Shown: positions 49,296 through 60,310, numbered from the stretch's first letter. The stretch is 64,000 nucleotides of DNA from Candidatus Poribacteria bacterium (GCA_965116925.1 OZ220744.1:4640001-4704000), one strand, 5' to 3'. The notes: a model not told the origin generated them from the letters alone. A program made the numbers and translations.

Positions 49296-50060
49296 TTAAA
49301 CATAATTCGGAAATTCTTGACCGCAGATCAACGGATAATCAGGCTTAGGTGCATCTCCCAAATATTTCGTCTTTGAACCCATATAGTGCGTAGCATATCC
49401 CCGGCGCTGCTTCGATGACCGATTGGCATGGCTGCCGTGCAGAAGCAGACTGTGGTGGAAACTACAATCGCCGGACGCTAGTTCAACGGGGGCTTCATTC
49501 TCCCACTCGCCTTCAAGTGCGCTGCTCTCGATTTCCTGCTCCCGTTCTCTGCTGATCAGTCCCCACTTGTGACTCCCCGGGATCACCCACAGGCACCCAT
49601 TTTCAAGCGTCGCATCGTCCATCGCCGCCCAACAACTCACGAGGTTATATGGGACGAGGTGCTTCCATGAATTTGAGTCTTGGTGATATTCCTTACGCGA
49701 ACCGTGCTTCGGTGGCTTCATGAACAACTGATCGCCGTACAGTTTAATATCGGGACCCAGCAAATCGACGATGACCTCCACAATTTTCGGGTTGGCAGCG
49801 TGCGCTCGCATCACTTCGTCGTGAGGCACAAGGTTCCACAACTTACGCACGGATTCGATCTTTGAATCCGCCTGAATCTCGCCCCTTTTGATAGCAGGTT
49901 CTACCTGAATCCATTCTTCTGGCACATGCGCTGCCTCACCGGAGGCGATGAGGTTCGCTCGTTCTTTGAGGGCTTTCACTTCATCTTGGGTGAGGAGGTT
50001 CCGGACGACGAAGTAGCCGTTTTCCCAAAAACGCTGTTTCTGTTCATCTGTCAACGCCAT
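49296..50060 (-). CDS. PhyH-family dioxygenase
   Basis: FMKPP, YHQD, NGCLWVIPGSHK, HGSHAN. Confidence 0.92.
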   Translation of the reverse strand: MALTDEQKQRFWENGYFVVRNLLTQDEVKALKERANLIASGEAAHVPEEWIQVEPAIKRGEIQADSKIESVRKLWNLVPHDEVMRAHAANPKIVEVIVDLLGPDIKLYGDQLFMKPPKHGSRKEYHQDSNSWKHLVPYNLVSCWAAMDDATLENGCLWVIPGSHKWGLISREREQEIESSALEGEWENEAPVELASGDCSFHHSLLLHGSHANRSSKQRRGYATHYMGSKTKYLGDAPKPDYPLICGQEFPNYV

Positions 50061-50221
50061 ATTGGTCTGCTCCTTTTTCCAGCGAGTCGTAAAAAACTCT
50101 CCCGGTCAATATTACCGAAAAGCGAGAAAAACACCCGAATCCTTCTTTTGTCCTGACTGTTAATTATAGTATAACAGCCGAGACTCAGTCAAGCCTATAC
50201 TTTATTGAAGTGCCTCCAAGG

Positions 50222-52597
50222 TCAGGGGTTGGGGGTGAGCGTCAATGTGTGGGCAGTTGGTCCTTGTAGGAAAGGTAGAGGTTCTCCTTTCAACCAGTAG
50301 CTGAACTGGTCCTTGTAGTTTTCTGATAAAGGATGCCCCGATTGACCGCCAGGTATGTGTAGAATTCCATCTGCTTCGCGCCCCGGGGAGATAACCATGC
50401 GTTCAGATGCGTACGGGGAACGAACGCAAAGACCGTCTCCCGGCAGCGGATCTTGAGGCATATTCAATATCTTGCCTAGCACAGGAATAAACCCAAGCGG
50501 ATGTGAGATTTGAGTTGTATGAATGCTGCCCCAGGTCAATTGGTCTAACGAATCAAAATTGTGTTCACTAAGCAGCTGTTCAATAGATTTTTCTAATTTC
50601 GCGAGGATGAACTTCTCCCAGTCTGGATAATTCACTGGATCTGGAAGCGTTTCTGCGATCTTTTCTCTCAGCAGGGTACGAAGAGGAGGTTCCGTATTCC
50701 TCCAAGCGTATGAAAATTCCTCATCAGCCTCATGACAGAGGACTAAAAAGGGTTCAAGTACATCTTCAGCCAGAATGTCCCGAAACCGAACCAGAATTCC
50801 GAAAGCTACACTGTCCACCCCCGCTTTACCATCCCAAACTGCTATCTGTTTTTGTGCCTCTAGTAAGAGTGGCTCATTTGCAATCGCATCCTCCGTTAAG
50901 ACGGATAACGCTAGCTGTTGGTAAAACTCATAGAAGTGGATCACCGTATCCAGCTGGAGTTGAAACATATCCTGTTCTGTGACCTGATCCATTTCCTGCA
51001 ACCGCTTATTGATGCGATAAGCCCGATGGCTATTGGCGAAGTTGTAGCCGATGATATACGGATAGTCTTTACCAAGCGTCCGATCATTTGCAGTCGCTAT
51101 AAAACCCTCTGGTGGAGAAATCACACGTGGCAATTCAGATGGTGGAATATAACCCTCCCAACCAATGTCACCATTCGCCCAAGACTTGGCAGAAGATCCG
51201 TCAAATCCTTTTCGGATAGGGATTTTTCCACAGTATGTCCAAGCAATTTGTCCGGCGTCATCAGCCATAACCACATTCAGCGGCACACCGCGGAAGCGAT
51301 TCATGATGAATAGTGCATCTTCAACCGTCATTGCCTCATCCATATCAAGCAGCTCCATGCCAACTGCTTCGGGCTGTAGTGCTGTCCAATGGATGGCAAC
51401 TGGTTGACCCATCAACGGGGTTTGGCTGACAGGCCCCCATATTGTGAGCTTGACGGGTTGGATGATATACTTCCCTCCCTTAATTTCGATCCGTTCGTCG
51501 ATAACCTCAAACTGTTTCCAGCCATTTGGTGTCTTGTATTCATCTGGGTTTTCGGGATTAATTTCCAACCAGACAAGGTCGAGAAAATCCCCGCAGATAT
51601 AGGTGAATCCCCATGCTACATGACCGTTAGATCCGACAACCACAGCAGGGGTGCCCGGCAGAATAATACCCGAAATCTCAACGTTTTCGTAGCGGAGGGA
51701 TGCCCGATACCATGTATTGGGTATAGACAAACCGAGGTGCATATCGTTCGCTACAATCGCCCGACCATCTGCGGTCTTCGACTGGCCCACCACCCACCCG
51801 TTTGACCCGACGACGTGGTGCGTTGTGCGAATTAGCCGTTTTCCGCTTTGCTTGGGTGCACGGCGAATTGCAGCGAGTGCTTCGACAGGAATCGGCTGTA
51901 TTGGTCGATGGGAGTCTGTTCCGCCCAAGAGAGGTTGAGTATAGCTATCTGTATCAGGGGTGAAAAAAGTGACAACTTCCGGCGGGAGCGACTTTTCCAT
52001 GATAGTCATCATCCGCTCGTCATTTTCCCTGAAAGCTAACGATTGAAAAATATTCATGACGACGAGGAGGCTGTCTTCCACCGTCCAAGGTTCTGGCTGA
52101 TAACCCAGGAGGAGAAATTCAAAAGGTGCGGTATCCATTTGGCTGATAAAGGCATTCACCCCATCGGCGTATGCAACGAGGAGTTCCCGCTGTTCATTGG
52201 ATAGGTTGGCAACAATCGCTTGGGTCACACGGTAGAACCCAATAACTCTCTGTCGTTTATCGGTTTTTACCGCAATATCGCCGACGATTTCGGAGAGCCG
52301 TCCGGAGGCACGACGGCGTAGTAAATCCATTTGAAAGAGCCGATCTTGGGCGGTCACATATCCCAACGCCAGTGCGGCGTCCCTTCGCGTTGATGCAGTA
52401 ATTGTTGGAACCCCAAAGCGATCTGTAGTCACTGTGACCGGCAGGTATAGTTCTTTAATTTGCAATTCACCGTCGCGGATTGGCAGAGATGCCCGTAGTT
52501 TGATAATGCTGAAGATTCCTACACCTACTAGCACTAACAAAAGGATTAATAACAGGTAGAGAGTGGCTTTTAGAATTCGTTTTCTCTTACGAGCCAT
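50222..52597 (-). CDS. Penicillin amidase-family Ntn hydrolase (acylase)
   Basis: AQDRLFQMD, GSNGWVV (Ser nucleophile), ANDMHL, PGGQSG; N-terminal membrane anchor. Confidence 0.92.
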   Translation of the reverse strand: MARKRKRILKATLYLLLILLLVLVGVGIFSIIKLRASLPIRDGELQIKELYLPVTVTTDRFGVPTITASTRRDAALALGYVTAQDRLFQMDLLRRRASGRLSEIVGDIAVKTDKRQRVIGFYRVTQAIVANLSNEQRELLVAYADGVNAFISQMDTAPFEFLLLGYQPEPWTVEDSLLVVMNIFQSLAFRENDERMMTIMEKSLPPEVVTFFTPDTDSYTQPLLGGTDSHRPIQPIPVEALAAIRRAPKQSGKRLIRTTHHVVGSNGWVVGQSKTADGRAIVANDMHLGLSIPNTWYRASLRYENVEISGIILPGTPAVVVGSNGHVAWGFTYICGDFLDLVWLEINPENPDEYKTPNGWKQFEVIDERIEIKGGKYIIQPVKLTIWGPVSQTPLMGQPVAIHWTALQPEAVGMELLDMDEAMTVEDALFIMNRFRGVPLNVVMADDAGQIAWTYCGKIPIRKGFDGSSAKSWANGDIGWEGYIPPSELPRVISPPEGFIATANDRTLGKDYPYIIGYNFANSHRAYRINKRLQEMDQVTEQDMFQLQLDTVIHFYEFYQQLALSVLTEDAIANEPLLLEAQKQIAVWDGKAGVDSVAFGILVRFRDILAEDVLEPFLVLCHEADEEFSYAWRNTEPPLRTLLREKIAETLPDPVNYPDWEKFILAKLEKSIEQLLSEHNFDSLDQLTWGSIHTTQISHPLGFIPVLGKILNMPQDPLPGDGLCVRSPYASERMVISPGREADGILHIPGGQSGHPLSENYKDQFSYWLKGEPLPFLQGPTAHTLTLTPNP

Positions 52598-52656
52598 AGT
52601 GATAATCTCTCTATAATAGTAGGCATTATAGCCCTTATGATTGGTTAATCCTTTGC

Positions 52657-53160
52657 CTATATTCCCAGTCGTAACGCAACTGCAGCAAGCAGAATAAGCA
52701 GGGAAAACACACCGATAAGACTCGACACCACCGCCATCTGACCACGCATCTTGTCGACGTGTTCGGGCAGTTCCTCGGTACCCGGTTCCAGTTCCTCAAC
52801 AGCCCGCGCTAACCGCGGTGCCATGATGAAACCGTGAATTCCGGTCAGGATAATTAAAATAAGGACAAGGAGGAGTTTGATACCAAGCATCCGCATGAAA
52901 GGACCAATCAAATCTGGACTCGCCAACACACCAGCGGTAAAGATGTTAACCAGACCGGAGAAGATGAGAACGACCACACACGCCCACCCAATCGGTTCAA
53001 AACTTCTGCCGATCTGGGTCATGATTTTGATTCGTTCCACAGGAGGCATCGAGCGTTTGAAGTAAGGCACAATCACCATCGCTATCATAAAGTTACCACC
53101 AACCCAAATTGTGGCAGCAGTAACGTGTAACCATAAAACCAACATACCCAGTAATTCCAT
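52657..53160 (-). CDS. CopD/DUF4149-like membrane protein
   Basis: WLHVTAATIWVGG; four TM segments. Confidence 0.75.
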   Translation of the reverse strand: MELLGMLVLWLHVTAATIWVGGNFMIAMVIVPYFKRSMPPVERIKIMTQIGRSFEPIGWACVVVLIFSGLVNIFTAGVLASPDLIGPFMRMLGIKLLLVLILIILTGIHGFIMAPRLARAVEELEPGTEELPEHVDKMRGQMAVVSSLIGVFSLLILLAAVALRLGI

Positions 53161-53193
53161 GAAATCTCCTTTCTTTTTGGAACTGTAGCGTTC

Positions 53194-54000
53194 CTAAATC
53201 TTTTCGATTGCATCCGCAGTTAGCCACCCTGAATTTTCATCGGGGAGATAGATTTTTACCCAATCGTTACGTTCCTCCTGAAGCTGAACCTTGGTGCCCT
53301 CATGTAGCGGTAGGGCAATTGTTTCGGACCCCACATCGGGTTCACTCCGCACAGTAACTTCGTTTGCAACGACGATAGCATACGGCAGGTTAATCTCTCG
53401 AATCTTCAAACCTAAAACCGATAAAGAGACAAGCCATGTAATACCCCCAATCAGGAGGACGTAACGCAACGCTCGTTGAAAAGGACGGTTCTGAGCGAAT
53501 TGGATCGCGATGAGACTAATGCTTGCGATCCAATACGGAATGAGCCCCGCCCAAACAATCTCATTTGGGTGTAGTGCACCATATAAAAGCGAAAAACCGG
53601 AGGGTGGCTTCACGAGGTCAAAGGAATCAACATTCCGTGCTTTGGCGACTTTGAGGTTGAAATTTGTATCTTTATCCCTTGGCATCAATCGCTTCGCACG
53701 CTCGTAGTTTAGAATAGCTTTTCCCCTATTCCCAAGACGAAAGTATGCGTTACCGAGATTATAATAAACGGCACCATTTTGGATTGAACCTGCAATCTGT
53801 TCATACTTTTCAGCCGCTTGTTGATACTGTCCTGCCTGATATAAAGCATCAGCACTCCGATAACTCGCCTCCAAAGTTGATTGCGATTGGGAATAGACGT
53901 GCTTCCATCCAGAAGAGAGACAGAGAAAGCAGATAAGAAACGTCAAACGTGAAACAAATTTTTTCTTATCTTCAATCCTTCCATTCTTCCATTCTTCCAT
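53194..54000 (-). CDS. batE: BatE-like TPR + SH3 protein
   Basis: YYNLGNAYFR, LHEGTKV, GW; operon context. Confidence 0.8.
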   Translation of the reverse strand: MEEWKNGRIEDKKKFVSRLTFLICFLCLSSGWKHVYSQSQSTLEASYRSADALYQAGQYQQAAEKYEQIAGSIQNGAVYYNLGNAYFRLGNRGKAILNYERAKRLMPRDKDTNFNLKVAKARNVDSFDLVKPPSGFSLLYGALHPNEIVWAGLIPYWIASISLIAIQFAQNRPFQRALRYVLLIGGITWLVSLSVLGLKIREINLPYAIVVANEVTVRSEPDVGSETIALPLHEGTKVQLQEERNDWVKIYLPDENSGWLTADAIEKI

Positions 54001-54037
54001 TCTTCCAATCTCCTTACTTCATTATACACAATACCGA

Positions 54038-55906
54038 TTATATCTTCAACTGACGTTCTTTCTCTATCTCGTTAATTGATGTTCTAGCACGATTGAGCGC
54101 ATCTTCCATATCTGTTGGATTTGTATCAACTGGGGCGAACCGCATATAGTCATACTGCACCAACGTATCAACAATTTGTGCTGTCGCAGATTCAGGGAAG
54201 CCCGCCTCCTCACATCGCTGACGTACCAGCTCAGGATTGAGTCCGCCGGGTGAAATATCGAAGATGTCTCCAATGTATTGATATAACCCATTGGCGAGCG
54301 TACCATAGAACGCTGCCGGTTCATCCGTGGTGTGCTTTTTAGCGTCCTCAATGATTTGCAGAGCGTTCTTGGCGGCATACTGCTCTCGAAGCTGTTTGGG
54401 ATCGCGCTTGGCTTGTCGCCGGCGATAGAACCATACAAACAGAACAACGGCGATAGGTAAGGTCTGGACACCCCAAAATGATATGCGCTTATAGGGCTGA
54501 AGGTGCTGATTCGATAATTTGAGCGAATCCGGCTTGATATATCGAATGTCCTGCTTGAGGAGGTGTATGTCGGATTGTGCCGTGTAGGAAGGTGTTGTTC
54601 CAATTGCCCCATTCGGATTAGGAACGACGTTAATAGTAATGGGCACAGTGCGTGCAACTTGGTAGCTCTCCGTTTGTGGCTCGAAATAAGGGTAGTCAAT
54701 CGCAGGAATTGTCCAATCCCCCTCTTTTGATGGAATAATAACATATTCATACGTCCGACTTCCCCGAACTTTTGAATCCACTACCCCAATGGCATCTGTA
54801 ATCTGGGGGTCATATATCGCCATATTGAGGAGTGTCGGAACGGTTGGGGCAGGCACAGTCTTAATATTCCCCGTCCCAGAAACCTGCACTCGCAGGGTGA
54901 ATCCATCTCCCGCTTCAATTGTCCCCCGGTCGGTTTGTGCATGAATACGATATTGACCAACGGTGCCTGCAAAGTTTGTCGGTTTTCCCTCCTGGGGGAG
55001 TGGACGAACATCGACTTCGACCGGGTTTGTGATAAGCGTGTTGGACGATTGGGGGCGCCCCCGTCTCGTAGAGAGCGGAAGTGACAACTTCGCCGGTTCA
55101 ATTGTGACCCCGCCAGCAGTAATTGGAAACAACCCAACCTGAATTTCCTCAATCCAGTAGAGGATTCCATCAATCATTTGTCGCTGAGCTCGTTTTCTTT
55201 CTAGCTCTGTTGTCCAAAACTGCCTCAAGGAAGGTGGTGTATATTTGGGACTATTGAAACTTGGGATGCGGGCAGTATAGAGATATCGAAAGGTATATAC
55301 GATCTGCTCATTCACATAAGGGCGTGAATTATCGACAGAGGCTTCAACCTTATGCGTGCTGCTCGAAAATGCGTCCATAAAAGTATCCTGCGTTGATTCG
55401 CTTTGGGAAGGTTTCTCAGATTTCGGTAACACCTTGACGGCGATCGGATCCGCTGTGTAGGTTTTGTTGCCGTGGGAGATCTGAATTTCGGACACCGTAA
55501 ATTGTCCCACCTGCTTAGGTCGCAACACGTAAGTCCAAGTTACTGACACAGAGATCTGATTACTGCTGAGATTATATTGGCTGGATGAACCGCCGTAAGA
55601 AACATTGAACTCCGGCAACGCCTTGAACTTTGGCGGTGCAATATTTCCCAGTTGCTGATCCGCAGAAATCGTTAGACGCAAAGTCGCTGTTTCGTTGAGG
55701 CTAATAATTTTTGGGGTGACATCGGCCGATACGGTGATGTCTTGGCTATAAGCAGCGTTGCTAAAAAGAACGGAAACCAAGAATCCAAAAAGCGCGAAAC
55801 GTAAGGTGTGAAACGTGAAACGTGAAACGTAAAATACAGAGGGATACCTAAACATCCGAGTCCCCGAACGTTTGAATGCTTTGTCCTGTACCTTCCCTAT
55901 TCCCAT
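54038..55906 (-). CDS. batD: BatD-like protein
   Basis: PYVNEQI, VRPLP...F.GTVGQY, SGTGN, DIRYIK. Confidence 0.82.
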   Translation of the reverse strand: MGIGKVQDKAFKRSGTRMFRYPSVFYVSRFTFHTLRFALFGFLVSVLFSNAAYSQDITVSADVTPKIISLNETATLRLTISADQQLGNIAPPKFKALPEFNVSYGGSSSQYNLSSNQISVSVTWTYVLRPKQVGQFTVSEIQISHGNKTYTADPIAVKVLPKSEKPSQSESTQDTFMDAFSSSTHKVEASVDNSRPYVNEQIVYTFRYLYTARIPSFNSPKYTPPSLRQFWTTELERKRAQRQMIDGILYWIEEIQVGLFPITAGGVTIEPAKLSLPLSTRRGRPQSSNTLITNPVEVDVRPLPQEGKPTNFAGTVGQYRIHAQTDRGTIEAGDGFTLRVQVSGTGNIKTVPAPTVPTLLNMAIYDPQITDAIGVVDSKVRGSRTYEYVIIPSKEGDWTIPAIDYPYFEPQTESYQVARTVPITINVVPNPNGAIGTTPSYTAQSDIHLLKQDIRYIKPDSLKLSNQHLQPYKRISFWGVQTLPIAVVLFVWFYRRRQAKRDPKQLREQYAAKNALQIIEDAKKHTTDEPAAFYGTLANGLYQYIGDIFDISPGGLNPELVRQRCEEAGFPESATAQIVDTLVQYDYMRFAPVDTNPTDMEDALNRARTSINEIEKERQLKI

Positions 55907-55921
55907 GTTCCGCTTTACCCC

Positions 55922-56731
55922 CTACCAATCCTTCTCAGATCGCTGGCGTCTTGAGAATCGCTTTTGTAATATCTTCTTCTGGATCTCTTTTTCATTATCC
56001 TTGACAGCCTCCAGTAGTCGAATGGCATCTTCCTCAGACATTTCAACCGGCTGCTGTGTTGATTCTTGTTCTGATTGCGGCGGTGATTCTTCGGAGGCGG
56101 CTTCTTGTTCAGATGATTCTTGATTCTGTTGCTGCTGTTCTGATTCTGACGAATTCTCCTGATCTTGCTGATCCGGTTCCTGTTCGTCTCTATCCTGTTG
56201 ATTTTGATTCTGCTGTTGCTGGTCCTGTTCTTGCTGGTCTTTGCCCTCATCCCCAGACTCAGATCGGTTCTGCTGTGATTTCTGTTCCAATTTCTCAAGT
56301 GCAAGTTCTAGGTTATGCTTCGCATCTAAATCTGCTGGATTCAGGCGCAACGCACTTTTATAGGATCGGATTGCTCCCTCTATATCATTGAGTTGGACTT
56401 GAGTGTTTCCCAAATTGTAGTATCCTTGCGCTTGATGGACTGGATCTGCGGCATCAAGTGACCGCCTGAATTCATCGGAGGCTTTCTCAAATTGCTTTTT
56501 TTGATACAAGGCTGTTCCTAGATTGTAACGGGAAATTGCATCTTCCGGTCGATCTTCTGCTGCTGATTGGTATGCCTCAAGCGCGGCATCATACGCCTCT
56601 GCTTTGTAGTGTGCATTTCCGCGCTTAATCGCCTGAGACCAACCCCCTATCCACCCAATCAGAAAGAAAGGTAAAACAAGGAGTAGGTAGTACACAGGAC
56701 GACTAGGAGATTGGGATGATTTTACACTCAT
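55922..56731 (-). CDS. batC: BatC-like TPR protein with Gln/Glu-rich linker
   Basis: TPRs, AKHNLE, Q-rich linker, MSEEDAIRLL...EKDW end. Confidence 0.82.
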   Translation of the reverse strand: MSVKSSQSPSRPVYYLLLVLPFFLIGWIGGWSQAIKRGNAHYKAEAYDAALEAYQSAAEDRPEDAISRYNLGTALYQKKQFEKASDEFRRSLDAADPVHQAQGYYNLGNTQVQLNDIEGAIRSYKSALRLNPADLDAKHNLELALEKLEQKSQQNRSESGDEGKDQQEQDQQQQNQNQQDRDEQEPDQQDQENSSESEQQQQNQESSEQEAASEESPPQSEQESTQQPVEMSEEDAIRLLEAVKDNEKEIQKKILQKRFSRRQRSEKDW

Positions 56732-56895
56732 TTTTTCTTTTCTCCATAACTATATTGCTTACTATATGAGACTTAGCAGACCAATGAACTAGCGATCCCA
56801 TAATGAATCTCTTACGCATCACGCATTACGTTTCACGTTCCGCATTCAGCCGAACAACCCAATAAATGGCAACTTGCCTCAAATTAGAGAGAATT

Positions 56896-58176
56896 TCACA
56901 GACTGTCTATAGTGTAGGCATCTAGCAATTTTTCATCAATCTCAACACCAAATCCGGGGCTGTCATCCAACGTGAAGAAGCCATCGCGGGGCGCAGGACG
57001 CAAGCAGCGATAGAGTTCATTCTCTGTAGATTTGCGTGAGGGACCAAAGGTTTCCGCCCGACACGGCATTGGCAAACAAGCAATCAGGTGCAACCCCCAA
57101 GGGGTTCCACCCTGATGGGGCCAAGTCGGAACCCCATGTGCTGCTGCCTCGTTGGCGATTTTGAGACACTCGCCGAATCCACCTGCCCAACTGATATCGG
57201 GTTGAATCATGTGGGCAGCTTTCCAGCGCAGCAGCTCACGAAATCCGTATCGGGTGAATTCGTGTTCGCCGGAGACAATCCAAGTGGAGTCGATCTCTCG
57301 AACCAATCGCGCCATACCCGCATAGTCGTCCAAGGGGATGGCTTCCTCAATCCATTTGAGATTGATATCGGCGGCAGCCTCCGCAAAACGAAGTGTGTAA
57401 TCCACGTCCCACCGCAGATAAATATCCGCCATCAGTTCAATATCGGGTCCAATCACCTGACGGGCTTCACGGATGATCTCAAGGTTCTTTGCAAAACCTT
57501 CCTCTCCCTCCGCGAGTCCGTTTCGGAGTCCCGGCTTGCAAGCGGTAAAACCTCGCGCCACGTAATAGCCGACATCCACGCCGGTGGCATATGCCGGTAT
57601 CTTGAGTTGTGGCTCATCTGTGATTAAGCTATAGACCGGTGCGTCCAGAATTTTGCCGCAGAGATCCCAAAGGGCAAGCTCAATACCACTGAGGGCATAA
57701 ATAACAACCCCCCGTCGTCCATAAATCGACGTGATGTGATAGAGGTTGTCCCAGATCTCCTCCACGTCAAGCGGATCACGCTCCAGCGTGAAATACTTCA
57801 TATGTCGGTCAATGATGAGTGCTCCGGCAAGGCCACCACCACCGAGCCCATAACCCTTCAGCCCTTTGTCGGTCGTAATTTCCACCATCAGTGCCCCCGC
57901 CTGTGTAGCAAAGGGGCCGCGCCAGTCTACATGGGCGTTTTTCGGTTCTGGTGGCATCTGGATTTGCCTACCAGCCTTGGAATACGCCATTGATGACATT
58001 GCAGTAGGATTCAGGTTAAGGTGCCAAGTCCGAATACCAACAATTTTGTGACGGGTTTTCGCTCGATCCTTCCATTCTGCGGCACGAGCCTGTGCTTCGG
58101 CGACGTAATCCGGTGGTTCGATTCTAATGCTTGCTTCATTCCCAGTATCTACAGAAGATTGCCGTTTGTTAGCCAT
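56896..58176 (-). CDS. Enolase-superfamily sugar-acid dehydratase (L-rhamnonate dehydratase-like)
   Basis: ALWDLCGK, LMAD, WIEE, SGEHEFTRYGF, QPD, PGFG. Confidence 0.85.
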   Translation of the reverse strand: MANKRQSSVDTGNEASIRIEPPDYVAEAQARAAEWKDRAKTRHKIVGIRTWHLNLNPTAMSSMAYSKAGRQIQMPPEPKNAHVDWRGPFATQAGALMVEITTDKGLKGYGLGGGGLAGALIIDRHMKYFTLERDPLDVEEIWDNLYHITSIYGRRGVVIYALSGIELALWDLCGKILDAPVYSLITDEPQLKIPAYATGVDVGYYVARGFTACKPGLRNGLAEGEEGFAKNLEIIREARQVIGPDIELMADIYLRWDVDYTLRFAEAAADINLKWIEEAIPLDDYAGMARLVREIDSTWIVSGEHEFTRYGFRELLRWKAAHMIQPDISWAGGFGECLKIANEAAAHGVPTWPHQGGTPWGLHLIACLPMPCRAETFGPSRKSTENELYRCLRPAPRDGFFTLDDSPGFGVEIDEKLLDAYTIDSL

Positions 58177-58200
58177 AATCGTTACCCCTCTATTTATTAA

Positions 58201-58302
58201 TAGGACTTACACAGCGCGTTCATAAGTCCCCCTGGTAAGGGGGATTTAGGGGGTTAAAAATCAAAAATCTCCGCCCCGTGTGCTAAATTTGTGTAAGTCC
58301 TG
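58201..58302. mobile_element. MITE family A
   Basis: TAGGACTTACACA...TGTGTAAGTCCTG with TATTAA duplication. Confidence 0.8.
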
Positions 58303-58366
58303 TATTAATGCACATTATAACCATCACCAGATCCAACCTTTTCGACGAACTCTGAAACGCCCTTCA

Positions 58367-59269
58367 TCAAAATGATTCCCGCACCGCACGCTGCCGAAAG
58401 AAATGGATTAATGGTTCAACGTAAGACTGCTCCGTCCGAATTTCGATGTTGTCAATTTTGTTTGATTGGAAGAACTTTCGACGCGCTTCAACGACATCGA
58501 GATTGAGTCGTTGATACATCTCTCGTGCCTTGGGGTCCTGTGTATCTAAGACAACCACCTCACCGGTTTCTACGTCCTCAAGTTCAATCAGCCCCACATT
58601 TGGCAACGTTTCTTCCCGCATATCTTGGAGCGTAATCGCGATGAGGTCATGCCGTTTGCTCGTCACTTGTAACCGCTTCTCGTATCCACGATCCATGAAG
58701 TCGGAGATCAGGAACACAACACTCTTTCTCCGAATGACGCGGTCAACGTACTCTAACGCAGCACTGATGTTCGTCCCACGCTGCTGTGGCTCAAAGTATA
58801 AGATCTCCCGGATGACACGCAGGACATGCTTTATTCCCTTACGCGGTGGAACAAATAGCTCCACATCGTCCGTGAAGCAGATCAGCCCGACCTTATCACT
58901 GTTTTTGATAGCGGAAAAGGCGAGCAGCGCGGAGATCTCCGCAGCAATCTCGGCTTTTGTTCGCTGATATGTCCCAAAATCCGCAGAACCACTGGTATCA
59001 ACGAGCAGCATCATCACCAACTCGCGTTCCTCTACATATTTTTTGATATACGGTTGTCCCATCCGGGCGGTCACGTTCCAATCAATCGTGCGGATATCGT
59101 CGCCGGGCTGGTATTCACGCACTTCCTCAAATTCCATACCCCGCCCCTTGAATACGCTTTCGTATTCTCCGGCGAAGATGTTGTTGACAAGCCGGTTGGT
59201 GGAAATTTCGATTCGGCGGATCTTTTTCAGAATTTCTTTCGTGTTCATCAGGAACTTCCCATGCTCCAT
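58367..59269 (-). CDS. DUF58 (MoxR-associated, VWA-like) protein
   Basis: KGRGMEFEEVREYQPGDDIRTIDWNVTAR, ISDF. Confidence 0.92.
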   Translation of the reverse strand: MEHGKFLMNTKEILKKIRRIEISTNRLVNNIFAGEYESVFKGRGMEFEEVREYQPGDDIRTIDWNVTARMGQPYIKKYVEERELVMMLLVDTSGSADFGTYQRTKAEIAAEISALLAFSAIKNSDKVGLICFTDDVELFVPPRKGIKHVLRVIREILYFEPQQRGTNISAALEYVDRVIRRKSVVFLISDFMDRGYEKRLQVTSKRHDLIAITLQDMREETLPNVGLIELEDVETGEVVVLDTQDPKAREMYQRLNLDVVEARRKFFQSNKIDNIEIRTEQSYVEPLIHFFRQRAVRESF

Positions 59270-59464
59270 ACGTTGTGCTACTGCTCATTTTATCAAGATG
59301 GCACTATAGAATCAAACAAAAAAGTGAACCAAAAAGTGTTGAATTTTTGTCCTTTTGTTGATATTCTTATTGCCAAAAGCATTTTGCGCCGGTGTGAAAC
59401 TTTGGGTAATCTGGGTCTACCAAACGAACTCCGCATAGCGGAGCCTAATTGAAAGGAGCGGGAC

Positions 59465-60310
59465 ATGGACAAAGAGTGGCTAAAATACTGTGCTACTGAT
59501 GAACAACTTCAAACGTTTGACGATGAGGGCTACCTAATCGTTGAAAATGCCCTATCGTCAGAGATGGTTGACAAAATGACCATTGCTATTAATCGAATTG
59601 ATGCGGAGGAACGAAAGAGGCAAGGACTCGGACCACACGATCTGATGAAAAAGTTTCGTACCATTGCCGCGGATGATCTGTTTCTCGAATTACTTGATAA
59701 CCCGAAGGTATTTCCGTTGTTGTGGGATATCCTCGGCTGGAACATCCAACTCTACATTTCTCACTTAATCGTTTACCCACCGGAAGGACCCGATGTACCG
59801 CGAACCCAAAAAGGGGCGGGATGGCATCAGGATGGAGGCAGACCTGTGCAGGAGATGGAACGGCCACATCCACGGTTGTCTCTCAAGGTGAGTTATTGGT
59901 TCAGTGATGTGAGGGGACCGGATCGAGGCGCGATGCGAATTGTCCCCGGCAGCCACAAACTCGATGAACGCCCACCCCAAAGCGATCCGGAGGGCGATCC
60001 GGACGGTGCAATTGAGTTGCAGATTGAACCGGGGACAGCGGTGTTGTTTGATCGCCGGTTATGGCATTCCCGCGGTTGGAATTTTTCGGACGTAACACGG
60101 AAGGTCTTGTTCATCGGCTACAGTTATCGCTGGCTGCGCGGACTTGACTACAATGTGATGCCACCCGAACTCCTTGCTAAATGCGATCCGATTCGTCGGC
60201 AGCTACTTGGGGACGGGGTAGATATCAAAGGCTGGTGGCAGCCAACCGATGAAGATGTACCGTTGAAACAGTGGTTAATGGAGCATCGTGGAGAGGAGTA
60301 TGTGCGTTAG
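59465..60310 (+). CDS. PhyH-family dioxygenase
   Basis: WHQD, VPGSH, FDRRLWH. Confidence 0.92.
   Translation: MDKEWLKYCATDEQLQTFDDEGYLIVENALSSEMVDKMTIAINRIDAEERKRQGLGPHDLMKKFRTIAADDLFLELLDNPKVFPLLWDILGWNIQLYISHLIVYPPEGPDVPRTQKGAGWHQDGGRPVQEMERPHPRLSLKVSYWFSDVRGPDRGAMRIVPGSHKLDERPPQSDPEGDPDGAIELQIEPGTAVLFDRRLWHSRGWNFSDVTRKVLFIGYSYRWLRGLDYNVMPPELLAKCDPIRRQLLGDGVDIKGWWQPTDEDVPLKQWLMEHRGEEYVR

Noticed and set aside
55915..56304. Alternative-frame Asn/Arg-rich ORF
   Set aside because: Shadow of the low-complexity BatC linker
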